64,000 nt of DNA from assembly GCA_964016885.1 (NCBI GenBank), contig OZ024742.1, forward strand, positions 28,520,001 to 28,584,000, in the 5' to 3' direction. The translations under genes were made by a program, and so were the position numbers. Each line of letters begins with the position of its first letter. The stretch's first letter is position 1. The stretch is from Eledone cirrhosa (taxonomy: Eukaryota). The notes beneath the pieces are model-generated. The model was not told where the DNA came from. It was given only the letters and a program-made list of their open reading frames with translations, and searched no databases. Positions 46,860 through 62,149 of the stretch are shown piece by piece.

Positions 46860-49062
46860 AGTGATTCTGATATCAGAATAATCAGCCATATAAGAAGATG
46901 GTTGCTTTATTTCTGTATTGATCTATGGCTAATGAAATCTGGTGCTAATTCTTTTGATGTAATGATGTATTGATGGTAACTATCTATTCTGTGTAAATTT
47001 GCGAGCTGAGTATATTTTGCATTTATTACATCAACATCATCATCATCGTCATTTCAACATCTGTTTTCCCTGTTAGCAAGGGTTGGGCAAATCCATATAG
47101 ACCAAGTCTGTACTGAATCAAAGCCACTGATCTCCCAAGCAGGCCAGGGAACTGTGTCTTGCTTACGTATTGTCACATGTTCCATCGAGTGCTCAAGTGA
47201 GGTTGTCATGACCTTGACGCAACTGAGAGTCCTCCAAACATGTCTAATAATTTACAGTGTGATTTATATGAAGATGTCGCATGATACGAATGTCCAACAA
47301 TTAGATATAGAAAAAAAAAATGTTTTTGTTATTTACTGATTAGAGCCGATAGATATTTGTTGAAACAAATTTACAGGTAGCTATTTTTTAGGTATAACCT
47401 TAAATTTAGGAACTAATCTATACATAATGTACAAGATATAATGAAAAGTTAGAGTACATAGAAATTGCTTCAAACCACCTGCCTGACATTATTAATAATT
47501 TAGTGAAAAATGTGAGAATACAGTTATCTAACATTTCATGATATATCTTCTTGCAACAAATCAGCTCTTTATCATAATGAATGTTTGAAACAGTGGTTTT
47601 AACGATAAGATTAATTACATAAATAATAATAATAATAACAACAATAACAATAACAACAACAACAATAATGATAATAATATTGATCCCGAGTGAAGAAAAA
47701 TAGAAAATGTAAAATATTTGCTTTAATGCACCATTCAGTTTTAATGTAAGTATTGCTAAACATTTATTTAACTTATTAGATATATATTTTCTGAAAAACT
47801 ATAAATATTTAATGAAACTATAGATATTTAATGGGAATAATGTTAAATTAAATTTCAGTTGTACACTTAATTTTCGTTACAGAAATAATATATATTAAAA
47901 GTAAAAATCTTAAACAACTATCTACATTGAATTATCTCTATTCATGCAATTGTTTTAACATTGTGAATTGTTTATTAAATAATAGATGTATTTCAAAATC
48001 AATAACTTATTGTGCAAAATTATTTTACAGTTAATAATTAAGTTTCTAAGGATTATATCAGGTTGACTGAGAATGTAAAGATTTAATCAACATATTTTCA
48101 GAAATCCTGAAAGATCTTTGGACACAAGTCTATCAAAATATATTTTATCTTCAAGACATCACAATACCAGAAAATTAAAATTGATTTAGTAGATAGAACA
48201 TACCCAATTCTATAATTAGGTTAATAAATGATGGCTGTGATCTTTGTTGCAACTCTTGTAGACCAGTTGATAGTATTGTTGAAACCTCATTTTGTTTTGT
48301 TAAAACATTCTTAGTTCCAACTTATCATCTTTTGTTCTGGCAGTGGTTCGTTTGTCCACCCCTTTCGCTTGCCTTTTGTTGTATGTGGTCCAAGATGTGT
48401 ATATTACCTGCTTGTGTATTTTTTCTTTCTTTTCGTTTTTCCTTTTCTTCTTTTATTTGTAATATTATTTATACAACTATTGAGAATTGTGGGTGATTTG
48501 CAATGTTATTTATGTATATATTTGAAACTAAATAAAATATTTAATTTTATATATATATGAAAAATAAAGTTGGATAAGTCTTACTACTTCCTTTTGGTTG
48601 TCTGACACCAGCCATGGAAGCAAACACAAGTTATGAAGAAATGATCTGACTAACCATCAAACTACAACACATTATATTTCATTATCATTATCATTATTTT
48701 TATATGTGATTAAAGATATTTCAAGTCATCTTGTCCATTGTTAATTGTAAGTGGAATCTTACAGTATCTGCAATGGAAAGACCAATAGAAACATTATTTC
48801 TTTGGTCTGATTTGATGAGTTCCACCCCACTCGGTATATGAATGACATCTGGGACCTTGGCGATCGATTTGATTGATCTTTGAATATCAGAGAAAATGAA
48901 GATATTGTTCCATAGAAATTCTATCTTAAACACATATTAATTATAAATCGAAATATTTGTTGAAATATGTCAAAATGACCAAAAGTTAAATATTGCACAA
49001 CTTTATATCTGACTGATATACTTGGACTAAATCAACATTTTTGTTTGTTTATATTTTTAATA

Positions 49063-49138
49063 CAGGGGGTATCAAAAAATGTATACACATTTATTAGAAT
49101 GCTGTTGAAGTGTGTACATATTTTTGGGGGACACTCTG
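49063..49138. mobile_element. 76-bp Tc1/mariner-type mini-MITE
   Basis: ta|CAGGGGGTATCAAAAAATGTATACAC ... GTGTGTACATATTTTTGGGGGACACTCTG; imperfect TIRs make up most of the element. Confidence 0.6.
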
Positions 49139-49569
49139 TTTGTTTTTGCTATAATACAATGAATTATTTATTGTAATACTTTAAAATGACTGGGGAAGGA
49201 ACGTGTCTAAAATCATGTGCAAGTATCAACTTTGTTGGTTGGGACATGTCACATGACTCCTAAGGGAGAGACATGCTAATCAGGTCCTGTATTGGTACCT
49301 CCATAGAAAATAGAGGAGAGGTTGTCCCAAGATGAACTGACAGCTGACAATTGACAGAGACCTGAAACTCATCAACAAAAGACGGAATGATGTATTGATA
49401 GATACTACTGACCATGGTCATTGGAGTACTTTGGCTGCCTCATATGTCTCAAGACATGGAATATATTGATAGATGGAACTGACCATGGTCATTTTGAGTA
49501 CTTGGCTGCCCCATGTGTCTCAAGACAAGAACTTCTAAGTCTAAGGAATGAATGTTTCATAAAGCCCCA

Positions 49570-49757
49570 TATAATTGTTTCTACTTTTCGCACAAGGCCA
49601 GCAATTATCCCAGTGTATTACTGGTACATTATTTTATCGACCCCATAAGGATGAAAGGCAAAGTTAACCTCGGCAGGATTTGAACTCAGACCATAAAGGG
49701 CCGTAACTCTTTGCTACAAAGCATGGCGTCCAACTCTCTACCGATACTACTGCCAAC
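49570..49757 (-). mobile_element. SINE family A
   Basis: Diagnostic core. Confidence 0.85.
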
Positions 49758-51269
49758 TATCTCTCCCGTCTTCTTTTTTTGTGGTGGAGAGGGAGGGGTC
49801 TTCTACAGTGTCCTCTGTACTTCAGAGATGGCTGGTCTTGTACTATTTTAACTCTGGCACCACTTTTACCTCCTCTTTCATAACACATATTGTGTCCTGG
49901 GTAATGGATTGACACAACCCATAGAGTGTCGGACAACAGAATTTATTTGCAGAATAGAGCTACGACTTTCACTTCCCTAAAAATGGTTGGCATTGTGCTT
50001 AAATTAGAAAACCATATTATGTCTAGCCGTACGTCTTATATTTACCATTAGGCATTACACCTGATCTTCATTCTCCAGATCTCAGCTCTCTGAATTGCTA
50101 TCACCACAACCACCACCTTCTTCATCATGGTACCAATCTATTGTTCAATGGAGTGTGCCATTTGGAAATGAATCGGCTAGGCCTTGCTGGTAATACTACT
50201 AAATGAACTGTTAACCTTTTGGTTAGTACTCTCTGATCAGAATACGCCAGCTGTGTCGTTACATATGTGTGGCTGTATATATACATGTACATGAGTATTT
50301 TTGTGTGTCTGAATGTATGTGTGTATGTTTCTCTGTAGGTATGTGTGTATGAGTATGAGTGTTAGTGTCTTTGTATTTGTATGCTTTTATGTGTGTATGA
50401 ATGAGTGTATATGTGTTTGTGTCTCTGGATATATATGTGTGTATGAATGAGTGTATATGTGTTTGTGTCTCTGGATATGTGTGTGTCTAGTTAAACACAA
50501 CTGAAACAGTCTTTCAACCAGTTTGATGTTAAGCTGGTTATATCTTTTGACAGCTTGTCATGTTGGTGTGCTGAGAGAGTATAATTATTTGAGAATACTA
50601 AAGTGAAAAAGGATTGGTCAGTTAAGTCAGTTGACACCTCTCACTTGCAATTTCTTCTTCATGATCCCAGCAGCAGCAGCAGATTCAGCAACAGAAAATA
50701 ACAATTCAAAATGTGTTTTTAACCTGACAAGATTCAATCAGCAATTAAAGGTAAAAGCTATTGTTTCTAGAAATGCATTATAGCTGGATCCAAAGACAAA
50801 CTTTCCAACAAAACTGTTCATAAAAGTAATAATCAATTCTAATATAGGTACATGTAGTGAGTGACCAGAGGTTACAGTGTGGGCAACTAGAGACAACATA
50901 GGGTTTGAGTGGACCCTTCATTCAGGCCTTGCATGTAACAGCCTTTCTAGAACCGGTACAATGAAAAAATGCATACAATACAATATGCAAAGTGGTAGTG
51001 TTGGTGACATGAAGAAAATGCACCCACTACATCCTATAAAGTTGTAAAGTGGTAGTGTTCGTGTCATGAAAGAGGCACCCAATATTTCCTGTAAGGTAAT
51101 TGGCATTAAGAAAGGCATCCAACCATAGAAAGCAAGATAAATATACATCATATGAGTAAGGTAGGTTGATCCAATCCATCTGGTCCTAGACCAGAGCAAC
51201 CTATCCAAACCATACCAGAATGGAATGTGGACATAAAACGATAAGGATGATGATGTATAAGGTCGTAAA

Positions 51270-51860
51270 TTCTGTGGAAAGGGCACAGTCAATTATATGA
51301 AGTAGTATTTTTATTTATCAATCCCAGAAATGGTGAATAGAAAAACTGGAACTGAGAACATAAAGAGACAGAAGAAATACCACAAAGCCTTTTAACTGAC
51401 ACTCTAATGACTCTGACAATCTCCTGCCCTTCTCATAATAATTGTTTCTACTTTTGGCACAAGGTCAGCAATTACCCAGTGCATTACTGGTACTTTATTT
51501 TATCGACCCCGTAAGGATGAAAGGCAAAGTCAACCTCGGCGGGATTTGAACTCAGATCGTAAAGGGACGTAACTATGCTGGAAAGCATAGCGTCCGACCC
51601 TCTACCGATACTGCCAATCCACCGCCCTCTCATAATAATGGATTCTGATTTAGGTACAAGGCCAACAATTTGGGGGAAGAGTAAAGTTGATTAAATTGAT
51701 CCCAGTGTATTACTGGTACTTTATTTCATTGAACTTGTAAGGATGAAAGGCAAAGCTAACATTAGTGGGATTTGAACTCAGAACATAAAGTGGTGTAACA
51801 GTATGCCACATAAAAGCATGTTGTCTGAGACTCTACTAACTTGGTCAAACCACTGCCTTT
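51270..51860 (-). mobile_element. Three head-to-tail SINE family A copies of different ages
   Basis: Copies at ~51270-51430 (degraded), 51436-51628 and 51632-51860; ctcataat recurs at the junctions. Confidence 0.75.
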
Positions 51861-52169
51861 CTCATAATCATAATAATGGTTTCTAACATTAGCACAATTG
51901 TAGAAACCAAGATAGGGATGAGAAGACTCTTCAGCTGTGACAAGGACATGAGAGTGTGTGGATATAAAACTTTGTAAAATGATTGGTGGTAGCAGGTGCA
52001 TTTAGCTTTAGGAAGCTTGCCAATTAAGAGTTATTTCAAGTGCTTATGGCCTGAAAAAATGCATTCATCCATCACTTGTAATCAGGGAAAACGAATGTTA
52101 AATGATGATGAGTGAAAAGTAATAGGTCCCATGATCAATCCTGCTTTATTGCACCTCAGCTAAGTAAGT

Positions 52170-52580
52170 GTCATTTTTCCAACAACAAACCTGAGCACCT
52201 TTTTGAATTCCATGTCTAACACCCACGGACATGCTTACAAAATCAGAAAACAGTACCACTCCCATGACTTTCAGAAACATTTTTCCATGCCTGGAGTTGC
52301 TGAAGCATGGAACAAACTATCTGCATCATTTGTTAGTTGTAGAGAAACTGAATCCTTCAAAACTTCCATGTTTCACAAAATTTGCCAACGTTACACCTGA
52401 TATTCCCCCTCTATACACATACATACATGCATGCATGTATGTATGTGAGGTGTGTGTGTGTGTCATGTATCAAAGACTGTTCACTTTCCTGACATTTGTA
52501 TATTATTCTATGTACTATACATTCACCTTTGATGAGTTGTAGTACACCTTAGCACTGTACGCAATAATTTTCATTATTTT
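52170..52580 (+). mobile_element. CR1-like LINE 3' fragment
   Basis: NTHGHAYKIRKQ..DFQKHFS...VAEAWNKLSASFVS...SFK matches the CR1 ORF2 end (TRGH..K / R..FFS.RV...WN.LP). Confidence 0.75.
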
Positions 52581-52999
52581 ATTTCTCATAACCTGAAGTT
52601 GACTAATAGCTTCTGAGTAAAACTGGATAAAACAGTAATTCAAAGGTCCAGCTGTCCAGCCTTGTTGCAGACTGACAAGTTGAATTTCCCTGAGAATTAT
52701 AAGGGTACACATGTTTGTGGATTGCTCAGCCAGTTTCAGATCAACTTAATGCGTATTCTCTGGCCTTGAATAATCCCACCACTTATTAGTTTTTCAGATT
52801 TTTTCCAACCACTGCTTTATTAAATTTGGCTAATCTATCAGTGGCAAAATTTTATTTCAAGTGGTATTCCTTAATTTTATTTAAACATAAAAATATATTA
52901 CTAAAAATCCTATATGTTATAAAATAAATAGGATGGGTTGGGTTAGTGTCTTAATATGTAAACTAAACAACTAATTCTGGTTTTTAAAAAAAATCAACG

Positions 53000-53128
53000 G
53001 AAACAACTTAGAAAAATAACTGCCCCCCCCCCTCATTTATTCCCCCGGACACAGTTATTTCAATTACCCCCCCCTTATTCAACCCCTCACTTAATCCAAC
53101 ACCTCCTATTATTTGGGACCCGAGAGTA
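53000..53128. mobile_element. One end of a Tc1/pogo-like MITE
   Basis: cctattatttgggacccgagagTA terminus; no partner TIR found. Confidence 0.4.
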
Positions 53129-54031
53129 GGCTACTAAATTGAGCGAAAAACTCTCATCGTTGATACCAACTGAGGTCCATTGTACTTCTGCCCAACATAT
53201 ATCTGATTTAAATAAAAATTATATAAAGAGATTTCTTTCTATTTGTTTATGTGTATACAATTACACATTACAAAGATGGTGAAATGTTCTATTTTGTATT
53301 GTTGATAAGATATACCTTACAGTTCAGATTATAAGACATATGCTGTTTAGTATATAATTAATTGACTAAGCTGTCAGGAAATGAACTGTTATGCAAATTA
53401 GAGTAATTGATATAGTGAAGCCCTAATATGTAGTGACTACAAATAGCTAAAGTCATATATGTCTGTGTGGCAAGATGAAGTAAGGTACATGGTCTTTAAT
53501 AAAGATTCTAATTAGAGTTGAAACTGGTCAGACTAATCAGTGAACTCCTGTCCATAGAGACATGAAGAAGATATGTCTGTTTGTATTTATCTGTGGGTAT
53601 TAGATTACACATCACATCAATAGTTAAAGTTTCTATTGATTATCATAGAATAGATATTACTATGTACTATAGAAATTCCTGCACACACACACACACCAAA
53701 ACATGCACACATCTACACACGCATGCACACAGACAGACACACATATCCACACACACACATGCCTACACATACACACATGCACATTCATACATTCACACAC
53801 ATCTGCACACATACATCCACGCACAAACACATATACGCCCCCCCCCCCCCCCACACACACACGGACTTACGAGCTGTGCCAATTTTTTCCTATTTTCATT
53901 CTACAATAAATGTCAGCCCAACTAACTTTCAATCTATAGTTTGTACATTAAAGTTTATTTTTTATGCATGTAGGAACTTGCTGAACACACACATACATAT
54001 ATATACTATATATATATACTCTGGTGTATAT

Positions 54032-54095
<64 letters not shown>

Positions 54096-54231
54096 CAAGA
54101 AGTGTAAGTCAACAGGTTAAAATTAACTTTGTTCATTCATATTCGCTGCAATATATATTTTGGTGATAACCATTATTCAACAGCTATGACCTCATCTGGC
54201 AGCTAGAACTTGAATAGAAAAAATAGATAAA

Positions 54232-54423
54232 CATAATTGTTTCCACTTTTGGCACAAGGCCATCAATTACCCAGTACATTACTGGTACTTTATTTTATCG
54301 ACCCCGTAAGGATGAAAGGCAAAGTTAACCTCGGCGGGATTTGAACTCAGACCGTAAAGGGATGTAACTATGCTGGAAAGCATGGCGTCTGACCCTCTAC
54401 CGATATTGCCAAACCACCGCCCT
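54232..54423 (-). mobile_element. SINE family A
   Basis: Diagnostic core; full head. Confidence 0.85.
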
Positions 54424-54520
54424 AAAAATAGGTAAACATAATGGTGGAATAGAGTCTACCGTGGTAATTCGTTGAAAGGCTAAGATCCGAAATGTGGTGT
54501 TGTTTATTCAAAGAATTGGT

Positions 54521-54557
<37 letters not shown>

Positions 54558-54843
54558 CATTAAAGCTAAATAGTGAGTCTTGCTGCTCTGGAGTTTGCTT
54601 GCTTATAACAGGGTCATTAAGAACTCTTTACTCTCAACAGTCAACCACATAAAGATATACATATATTTTTATATGTATATTTATATATATACATCTATAT
54701 AACTATATATATATATATATATTAATATATATAATTGTTTCTACTTTTTGGCACAAGGCCAGCAATTACCCAGTGCATATAATATATATGCATGTGTGTG
54801 TGTGTATGTATATATATATATATATATATATAATGTATATGTA

Positions 54844-54899
<56 letters not shown>

Positions 54900-54903
<4 letters not shown>

Positions 54904-55060
54904 AAGAATATAAAAGACAAATACAGAGAGGCAAAAGCATAAAGACTTATTAGGTTCGCACTTATGAAGAAGTAAATGAGGTTTCCACGTGTCGGACATA
55001 AGTCCTTCTTCAGTAAGTGGAGAAAACAGAGAGAGAGAAAGAAAAACTTGGAACAAGTTA
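54900..55060 (-). mobile_element. Penelope pLTR-like end with a mutated hammerhead core
   Basis: Minus strand CTGAAGA-a-GGAC-ttat-GTCC-GACA-cgt (55013-54986); abuts (TA)n. Confidence 0.5.
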
Positions 55061-56129
55061 GAGAAAAATATAAACATTTGTATAAAGTCTGTGTTACTGA
55101 GACCAGAGAGACCACCAATCATGGGAGTACTGAATGCATGGGAAGATGCAGAGTGGATATAGAGATATAAAAAGAATTCAGCTTGTATGTTCAGCAAGCC
55201 TTTTCAAGGATGTAGTATATATGTATATATCAAAGGTATATATTGAGTTAGAAACTCAAAATAGTCTCTTACAATTAAATAGCTCAAAGAAAGAGGTTTT
55301 TCTGAGCCATGTAATATAATTGAATATAAAAGAGAGATAAACACATATAAACACAGATATAAACATATATAGTCGGCTCCTTCAATTTTGTTGAGCTAAA
55401 TTAAATGTCGCGTAAACTTGGCTGCTATTTTTAGTAGCATACATTTATGAGACACGCTAGGTTCTGATGCCATGTGCGTTATTTTATATATGCAGTCTAT
55501 TCAGTCTTCTGAGATACTTAGAAGTGAAGGATTTATTAATTTTACACCAACAGATGAACAAAGAATTGGTAATTCCCTTCGCTAAAGGGAAACAGCCAAC
55601 CAAAAGCTGTCTGGGTGCCCGGCAGTTGCCCAATATAGGTTTGTATTTCTTTTCTTGATTTATTATTTTAAATTGAGTCTGGCAAACCCTATTGTTAATA
55701 GTTAGTATTTTGTTTCACCCTAGCGAATCTGGTCCCTTACGATTTGAACACATGTATGTTTATATATATAGACATACATACACATAGTTAATATATATGA
55801 AATGTAGTCATTCCAATGCAAATGACCTTAACAATAATCAACCCCACAAATAATAGTTGAGAATATTTGGGTAAAATACTCCTAGATAAACATTTTACCA
55901 AGGGTTCTTAAACCAGTTGCTAATATATATATGTGTGTGTGTGTGTGTGTGTATGTGTGTGTGTGTGTGTTTGTGTGTATGTTTGTGTGTGTGTTTGTGT
56001 TTGTGTGTGTAATGGAGGGAGAACTAAGACACAACAAGAACATCAATAACAACAAAATAAAGACAAAAAATTAAGCAGAAACTGTTGGAATGAGAATTAG
56101 TAAATGAAGATGAATGACTGAGCAGAATG

Positions 56130-58297
56130 GTAGAAGTTGTGGTGGTGGTAGCACACACACATATATATATACACATACTCACACACACACATATATATAC
56201 ATACACACACATATATATATATTCATACATACACTTATATACACATACATACACACATATGTATACTCACACAGACACACATATATATACATACACACAC
56301 ATATATATACATACACACACACAAATATATATATATATTCATACATATACTTATATACACATACATACACACATATGTATACTCACACATACACATATAT
56401 ATACACACACATACTTATACACATATTCACGCGCACACACCACTGCTACCACAATAAGCACAGACAGATCTAACAGACACACACACTCATACATATATAC
56501 TTACACACATTCACACAGCACTACCACCACAATGAGCACAGGCAGAACTATCACACAAACACACATACAGACACCACTACTAACATTATCACCACAACTA
56601 CTAGAACTACCACCACCACCGCACCCCCACTACCCCCCACTCCACCCCACCACCACCACCGCCACCACCACCACAACCACTACTACTACTACTGCAATTG
56701 CTACAGTATTCTTGTTCCTTAAATCACAAGACATCTGGCATTCTGAGACACACACATGCACACATACATACACACAAGCTTACACACACTCACACATACA
56801 CATACATACAGACACATATGCTTACACACACACACATACATACATACATACACATATGCTTACACACACTCACACACATACATGCACACATACACACATG
56901 CTTACACACACTCACACATATACATGCACACATACATACACATGCTTACACACACTCACACATATACATGCACACATACATACACATGCTTACACACACA
57001 CACATGCACACATACATACAGACACATATGCTTACACACACTCACACATATACATGCACACATACATACACATGCTTACATACATGCACACATACATATA
57101 CATATGTTTACACACTCACACATACACACATACATACACATATGCTTACACAGACTCACACATATAATGCACACATACATACACATATGCTTACACACAC
57201 ACACACACACATGCACACATACATACACATATGCTTACACACACATGCACACATACATACACATATGCTTACACACACATACATACACATGCTTACACAC
57301 ACTTACACATACACACATACAGACACATGCTTACACACACATACATACACATGCTTACACACACACACACACATGCACACATACATACACATATGCCTAC
57401 ACACACATACATGCACACATACATACACATGCTTACACACACTCACACACATACACATATGCTTAGACATACTCACATACACATGCACACATACATACAC
57501 ACACACACGCTTACACATGTTGGCCCATAATATGTATAATGGCAGTATCGGTAGAGGGTCGGACGCCATGTTTTGTAGCATAGAGTTACCTCCCTTTACG
57601 ATCTGAGTTCAAATTCCGCCAAGGTTAACTTTGCCTTTCATCCTTACGGGGTCGATAAAATAAAGTACCAGTAATACACTGGGTAATTTCTGGCCTTGTG
57701 CCTAACGTAGAAACATTATGTATACATACAAATACCATCACACACATACATGTGAATGCATAAATGCACACAGAACCACACACACACACACACACATAGA
57801 TACACCCGCATACAGACACACACATATATATACATACTACACACCAACACAGATACATAAAAAACATGCATGCATGCACACACACAGAGCTACACACACA
57901 CACACAGGCAGCAACATGCATATACACACACACATATATATATATATATATACACACAAACAATTACACATATATATATAACTACATACAGACACATGTA
58001 GACACCAACACACACACACACACACACACATACAACTACACACACATACATATATATATACAACTACACACACACACACACATATATATATATAACTACA
58101 TACAGACACATGTAGACACCAACACACACACACATACACACATACAACTACACACACATACATATATATATACAACTACACACACACACACACATATATA
58201 TACAATACACACTTGCACAACCATATATATATATATATATATATACAAAACTACACACACATATATATATATATATACAATACAGACTTATACAACT

Positions 58298-58335
<38 letters not shown>

Positions 58336-58337
58336 CG

Positions 58338-58387
<50 letters not shown>

Positions 58388-58538
58388 CCACACATATATA
58401 TATATATATATATATATAACCACATATATATATATATATATATAACCACACATATATATATATATATATAACGACACATATATATATATATATAACCACA
58501 TATATATATATATAACCACATATATATATATATATAAC

Positions 58539-58577
<39 letters not shown>

Positions 58578-58578
58578 C

Positions 58579-58618
<40 letters not shown>

Positions 58619-58646
58619 CACACATATATATATATATATATATAAC

Positions 58647-58683
<37 letters not shown>

Positions 58684-58684
58684 C

Positions 58685-58725
<41 letters not shown>

Positions 58726-59568
58726 CCACACATATATATATCCACAAAATTCATACGAACAGAAATTGTTGAAAAGTTTTGTGGTAGAATTATATCAACA
58801 CGTTATTTGACACTGTGTGTGTGTCTGTGTGTGTGAGTGTGTGTGTGTGTGTGTCTATGTGTGTATGTTTATATATGACTGTGTGTGAGTGTGTTAATTT
58901 GTATGTGTCTGTATATGTCTGTGTGTGTGTCCGTTCATATATGTCTGTGTGTGTGTGTGTGAATGTGTGTGTCCATATATGTCTGTGTGAGTGTCCATAT
59001 ATGTCTGTGTGTGTGTGTGTGTGTGTCCATATATGTGTGTGTGTCCATATATGTCTGTGTGAGTGTGTGTGTCCATATATGTCTGTGTGAGTGTGTGTAT
59101 GTCCATATATGTCTGAGTGTTAGTCCACATATGTCTGTGTGTGTGTATGTGTAAGTGTGTGTCCATATATGTCTGTGTGTGTGTGTGTGTGTGTTCATAT
59201 ATGTGTGTGTGTGTGTGAATGTGTGTCCATATATGTATGTGTGTGTATGTGTATTTTTGTGTTTCTATGTGTATGTGTGCTTGTGCATCTGTGTGTGGAT
59301 GTATGTGTGTGTCTATCTGTGTATATGTATAGATGTGTATGTATAGATGTGTATATATATATAGGTGTGTATATATATATAAATACAGATGTGTATATGT
59401 ATAGATGTATAGATGTGTGTATGTATAGATGTGTGTGTATATATATATATAGATGTGTATATGTCTCTCTAGATGTGTGTATGTATAGATATGTGTGTAT
59501 ATATATATATATAGATGTGTATATGTCTGTCTAGATGTGTGTATGTATAGATGTGCGTGTATATATAG

Positions 59569-59621
<53 letters not shown>

Positions 59622-60205
59622 TGTGTATGTCTGTCTAGATGTGTGTATGTATGTGTGTGTATATATATATATATAGATTTGTGTATGTATAGATGTGTGT
59701 GTGTATATGTATAGATGTGTGTGTGTATATGTATAGATGTGTGTGTATATATATATATATATAGATGTGTGTATGTATAGATGTGTGTGTATATATATAT
59801 ATATATATATAGAGATGTGTATATGTCTGTCTAGATGTGTGTATGTATAGATGTGTGTGTATATATATATATATACATGTGTATATGTCTGTCTAGATGT
59901 GTGTATGTATAGATGTGTGTGTATATATATATAGAGATGTGTATATGTCTGTCTAGATGTGTGTATGTATAGATGTGTGTGTATATATATATATATAGAT
60001 GTGTATATGTCTGTCTAGATGTGTGTATGTATAGATGTGTGTGTATATATATATATATACATGTGTATATGTCTGTCTAGATGTGTGTATGTATAGATGT
60101 GTGTGTATATATATAGATGTGTATATGTCTGTCTAGAGTGTGTATGTATAGATGTGTGTGTATATATATGTATAAATGTGTATATGTCTGTCTAGATGTG
60201 TGTAT
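56130..60205. repeat. Series of (CA)/(TA)/(GT)-derived minisatellites
   Basis: ATGCTTACACAC (56750-57520), AACCACA(TA)n (58200-58740), GTCCATATATGTCT (58930-59230), TAGATGTGTGTATG (59330-60205). Confidence 0.9.
57539..57719 (+). mobile_element. SINE family A
   Basis: Diagnostic core. Confidence 0.85.
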
Positions 60206-60546
60206 GTGGTGGCTGCAACAGTCAATAGCTATCATCACTCCTCATTGACTTATCCCTCCCTCCTCCACCCACTCGCCCTGCTCCCATAAATATGTAAACA
60301 CTACCATAAGGGTATTTAGGAGAGAACCATGTTGATGTTGATAGAACAGATGCTACTGGTCCTAAATATCAAAAGCAAGGATCTCTCTATATATCTTCCC
60401 TTTATCTCTCTCACTATAGACTGTCTGTCTACATACTACAGACCCCTACTGCATTAATACATTTCATACCAATACAGCAAGTAAAAACGGGATTGGAATC
60501 TTTCACACAAAAATCACTCATTTTAAATGGTTCCTATAAATCACTC

Positions 60547-60876
60547 CGAGGCGGCAAAGTAGTGGAGTTGTTAGAACATCGGATAGAATGCTTTGTGGTA
60601 TTTGTTTTGACTCCCTGCTCTCTGAGATCAAATCCTGCTGAGGTCAACTTTGCCTTTCAAGGTCGATAAAAAAGTACCAGTCTAGTACTGGGGTTGATTC
60701 ATCCCCTATATCTCTTTCTTATTTCTCTCTCACAGTCTCTATCTTTCTCTGGAAGAAATCTACTGTGTTCAGACCTGGAGAGATGGGCTCTGCTAGGTTT
60801 ACAAAATGCTCTAATAACACTGTATGTCAATATGGCACCTATACGATTCCCCCAGGAATTACCGGACCAGACATAC
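60547..60876 (+). mobile_element. SINE family A long-tailed variant with TSD
   Basis: ATAAATCACTC at 60536-60546 and 60877-60887. Confidence 0.75.
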
Positions 60877-61526
60877 ATAAATCACTCATTTTAAAGAGTT
60901 CCTATGTAAATTAAAATCTCCCAACACAATTTTATATAAGAATCATCATCGTCATCATTTCATGCCCACTATTCTAGTCTTGCATAGGTTGGATATATCT
61001 TGTTTTTTTCAGCATAGCATCCCTCCCATTGTGTTCCAATGTCATGTAGCTCTCTGTACCTGAAAGGAAACCTCATTGTCCAATAGTTTGATGAGAATCA
61101 GGCGCTTCATGCACCTCGTTAGATAGGCCACCCTACAACTATGCACAGCACAAACACGACTAATGTTAGCCCTATATGTGGCTGGATGCCCTTTCTATCA
61201 TCAACCACTTTACAGTGTGTACTGTGTGTGTTTATCATGAAGATCACCAACACTAGGGAGCTTCACATGTTCTTGACATAACTGAAGTGTCCTGCCAACC
61301 CTTTGTTTGGAAAGTTTTCTACAGCTGGAAGCCCTTCCTATCACCAATCACTTTATAGTGTGTACTGGGACAGGAATTAATAATTTTAGTAAATTCTTCA
61401 TTAGTTAATTGAAATAGAGTGTAGTTTATTAGAAATATGTTGTTGTGACAGCTCACACCTATACAGGTTTAGCTGGCCTCCTCCAAGGTATATCTCATTG
61501 GAGGTGGCTTGGGTGATTTAATGAGA

Positions 61527-61690
61527 GGGAACCCAGTCCCTATCAACTCATTTCTACAGCTGAGTAAACTGGAGCAATGTGAAATATAGTGTCTTGCTCA
61601 AGGAAACAACACATCATCCGGTCCGAGAATTGAACTCACAACCTTTCGGTTGCAAGCCCAATGCTCTAACCACTAAGCCATGCACCTTCA
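61527..61690 (-). mobile_element. tRNA-CORE SINE head (family B)
   Basis: Reverse complement of the 38951-39110 head. Confidence 0.85.
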
Positions 61691-62149
61691 TGCATATTAG
61701 AAATATGATTCCAAAAGAGTAAAGGGGCTGGTAGAAAGTATTAGATACAAAGTTTTATATTATTTATCTTTTTAGTCTTCAGTGTCACAGTCACATACTG
61801 ATGTTAAGGTATTGTTCTCAAAATGAATAATATCAAAATCTCATCATCATCATCTTCGTTTAACGTCCATCTTCCACACTAGCATGGGTTAAAGGGTTAA
61901 AGTGTTTGTATGCATGGTGTCATAACTTCTGGTGGTGTCAGAGTTGACATAATGGCATATATCATGTCTTGGGCCCATCCCCTCACCAAGGCTGAATAGA
62001 GCCAATTTATAGAGAGGAAGTGTTAAAGAGATATAAAGGAAGAATTGACCCTAGTATCATTTTTATCAAACACAAAAGGAGGTAAGATGAAGTTGACTAC
62101 GGCTTCTTTGGAATTCAGAGAGCATGGAGTCAAAACAAATAATAATATA

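Noticed and set aside
45900-48420. Polinton or parvovirus-like relic (YTHLGPHT resembling a PLA2 YLGP motif near 48390)
   Set aside because: A single short motif, multiple stops and no HD catalytic motif.
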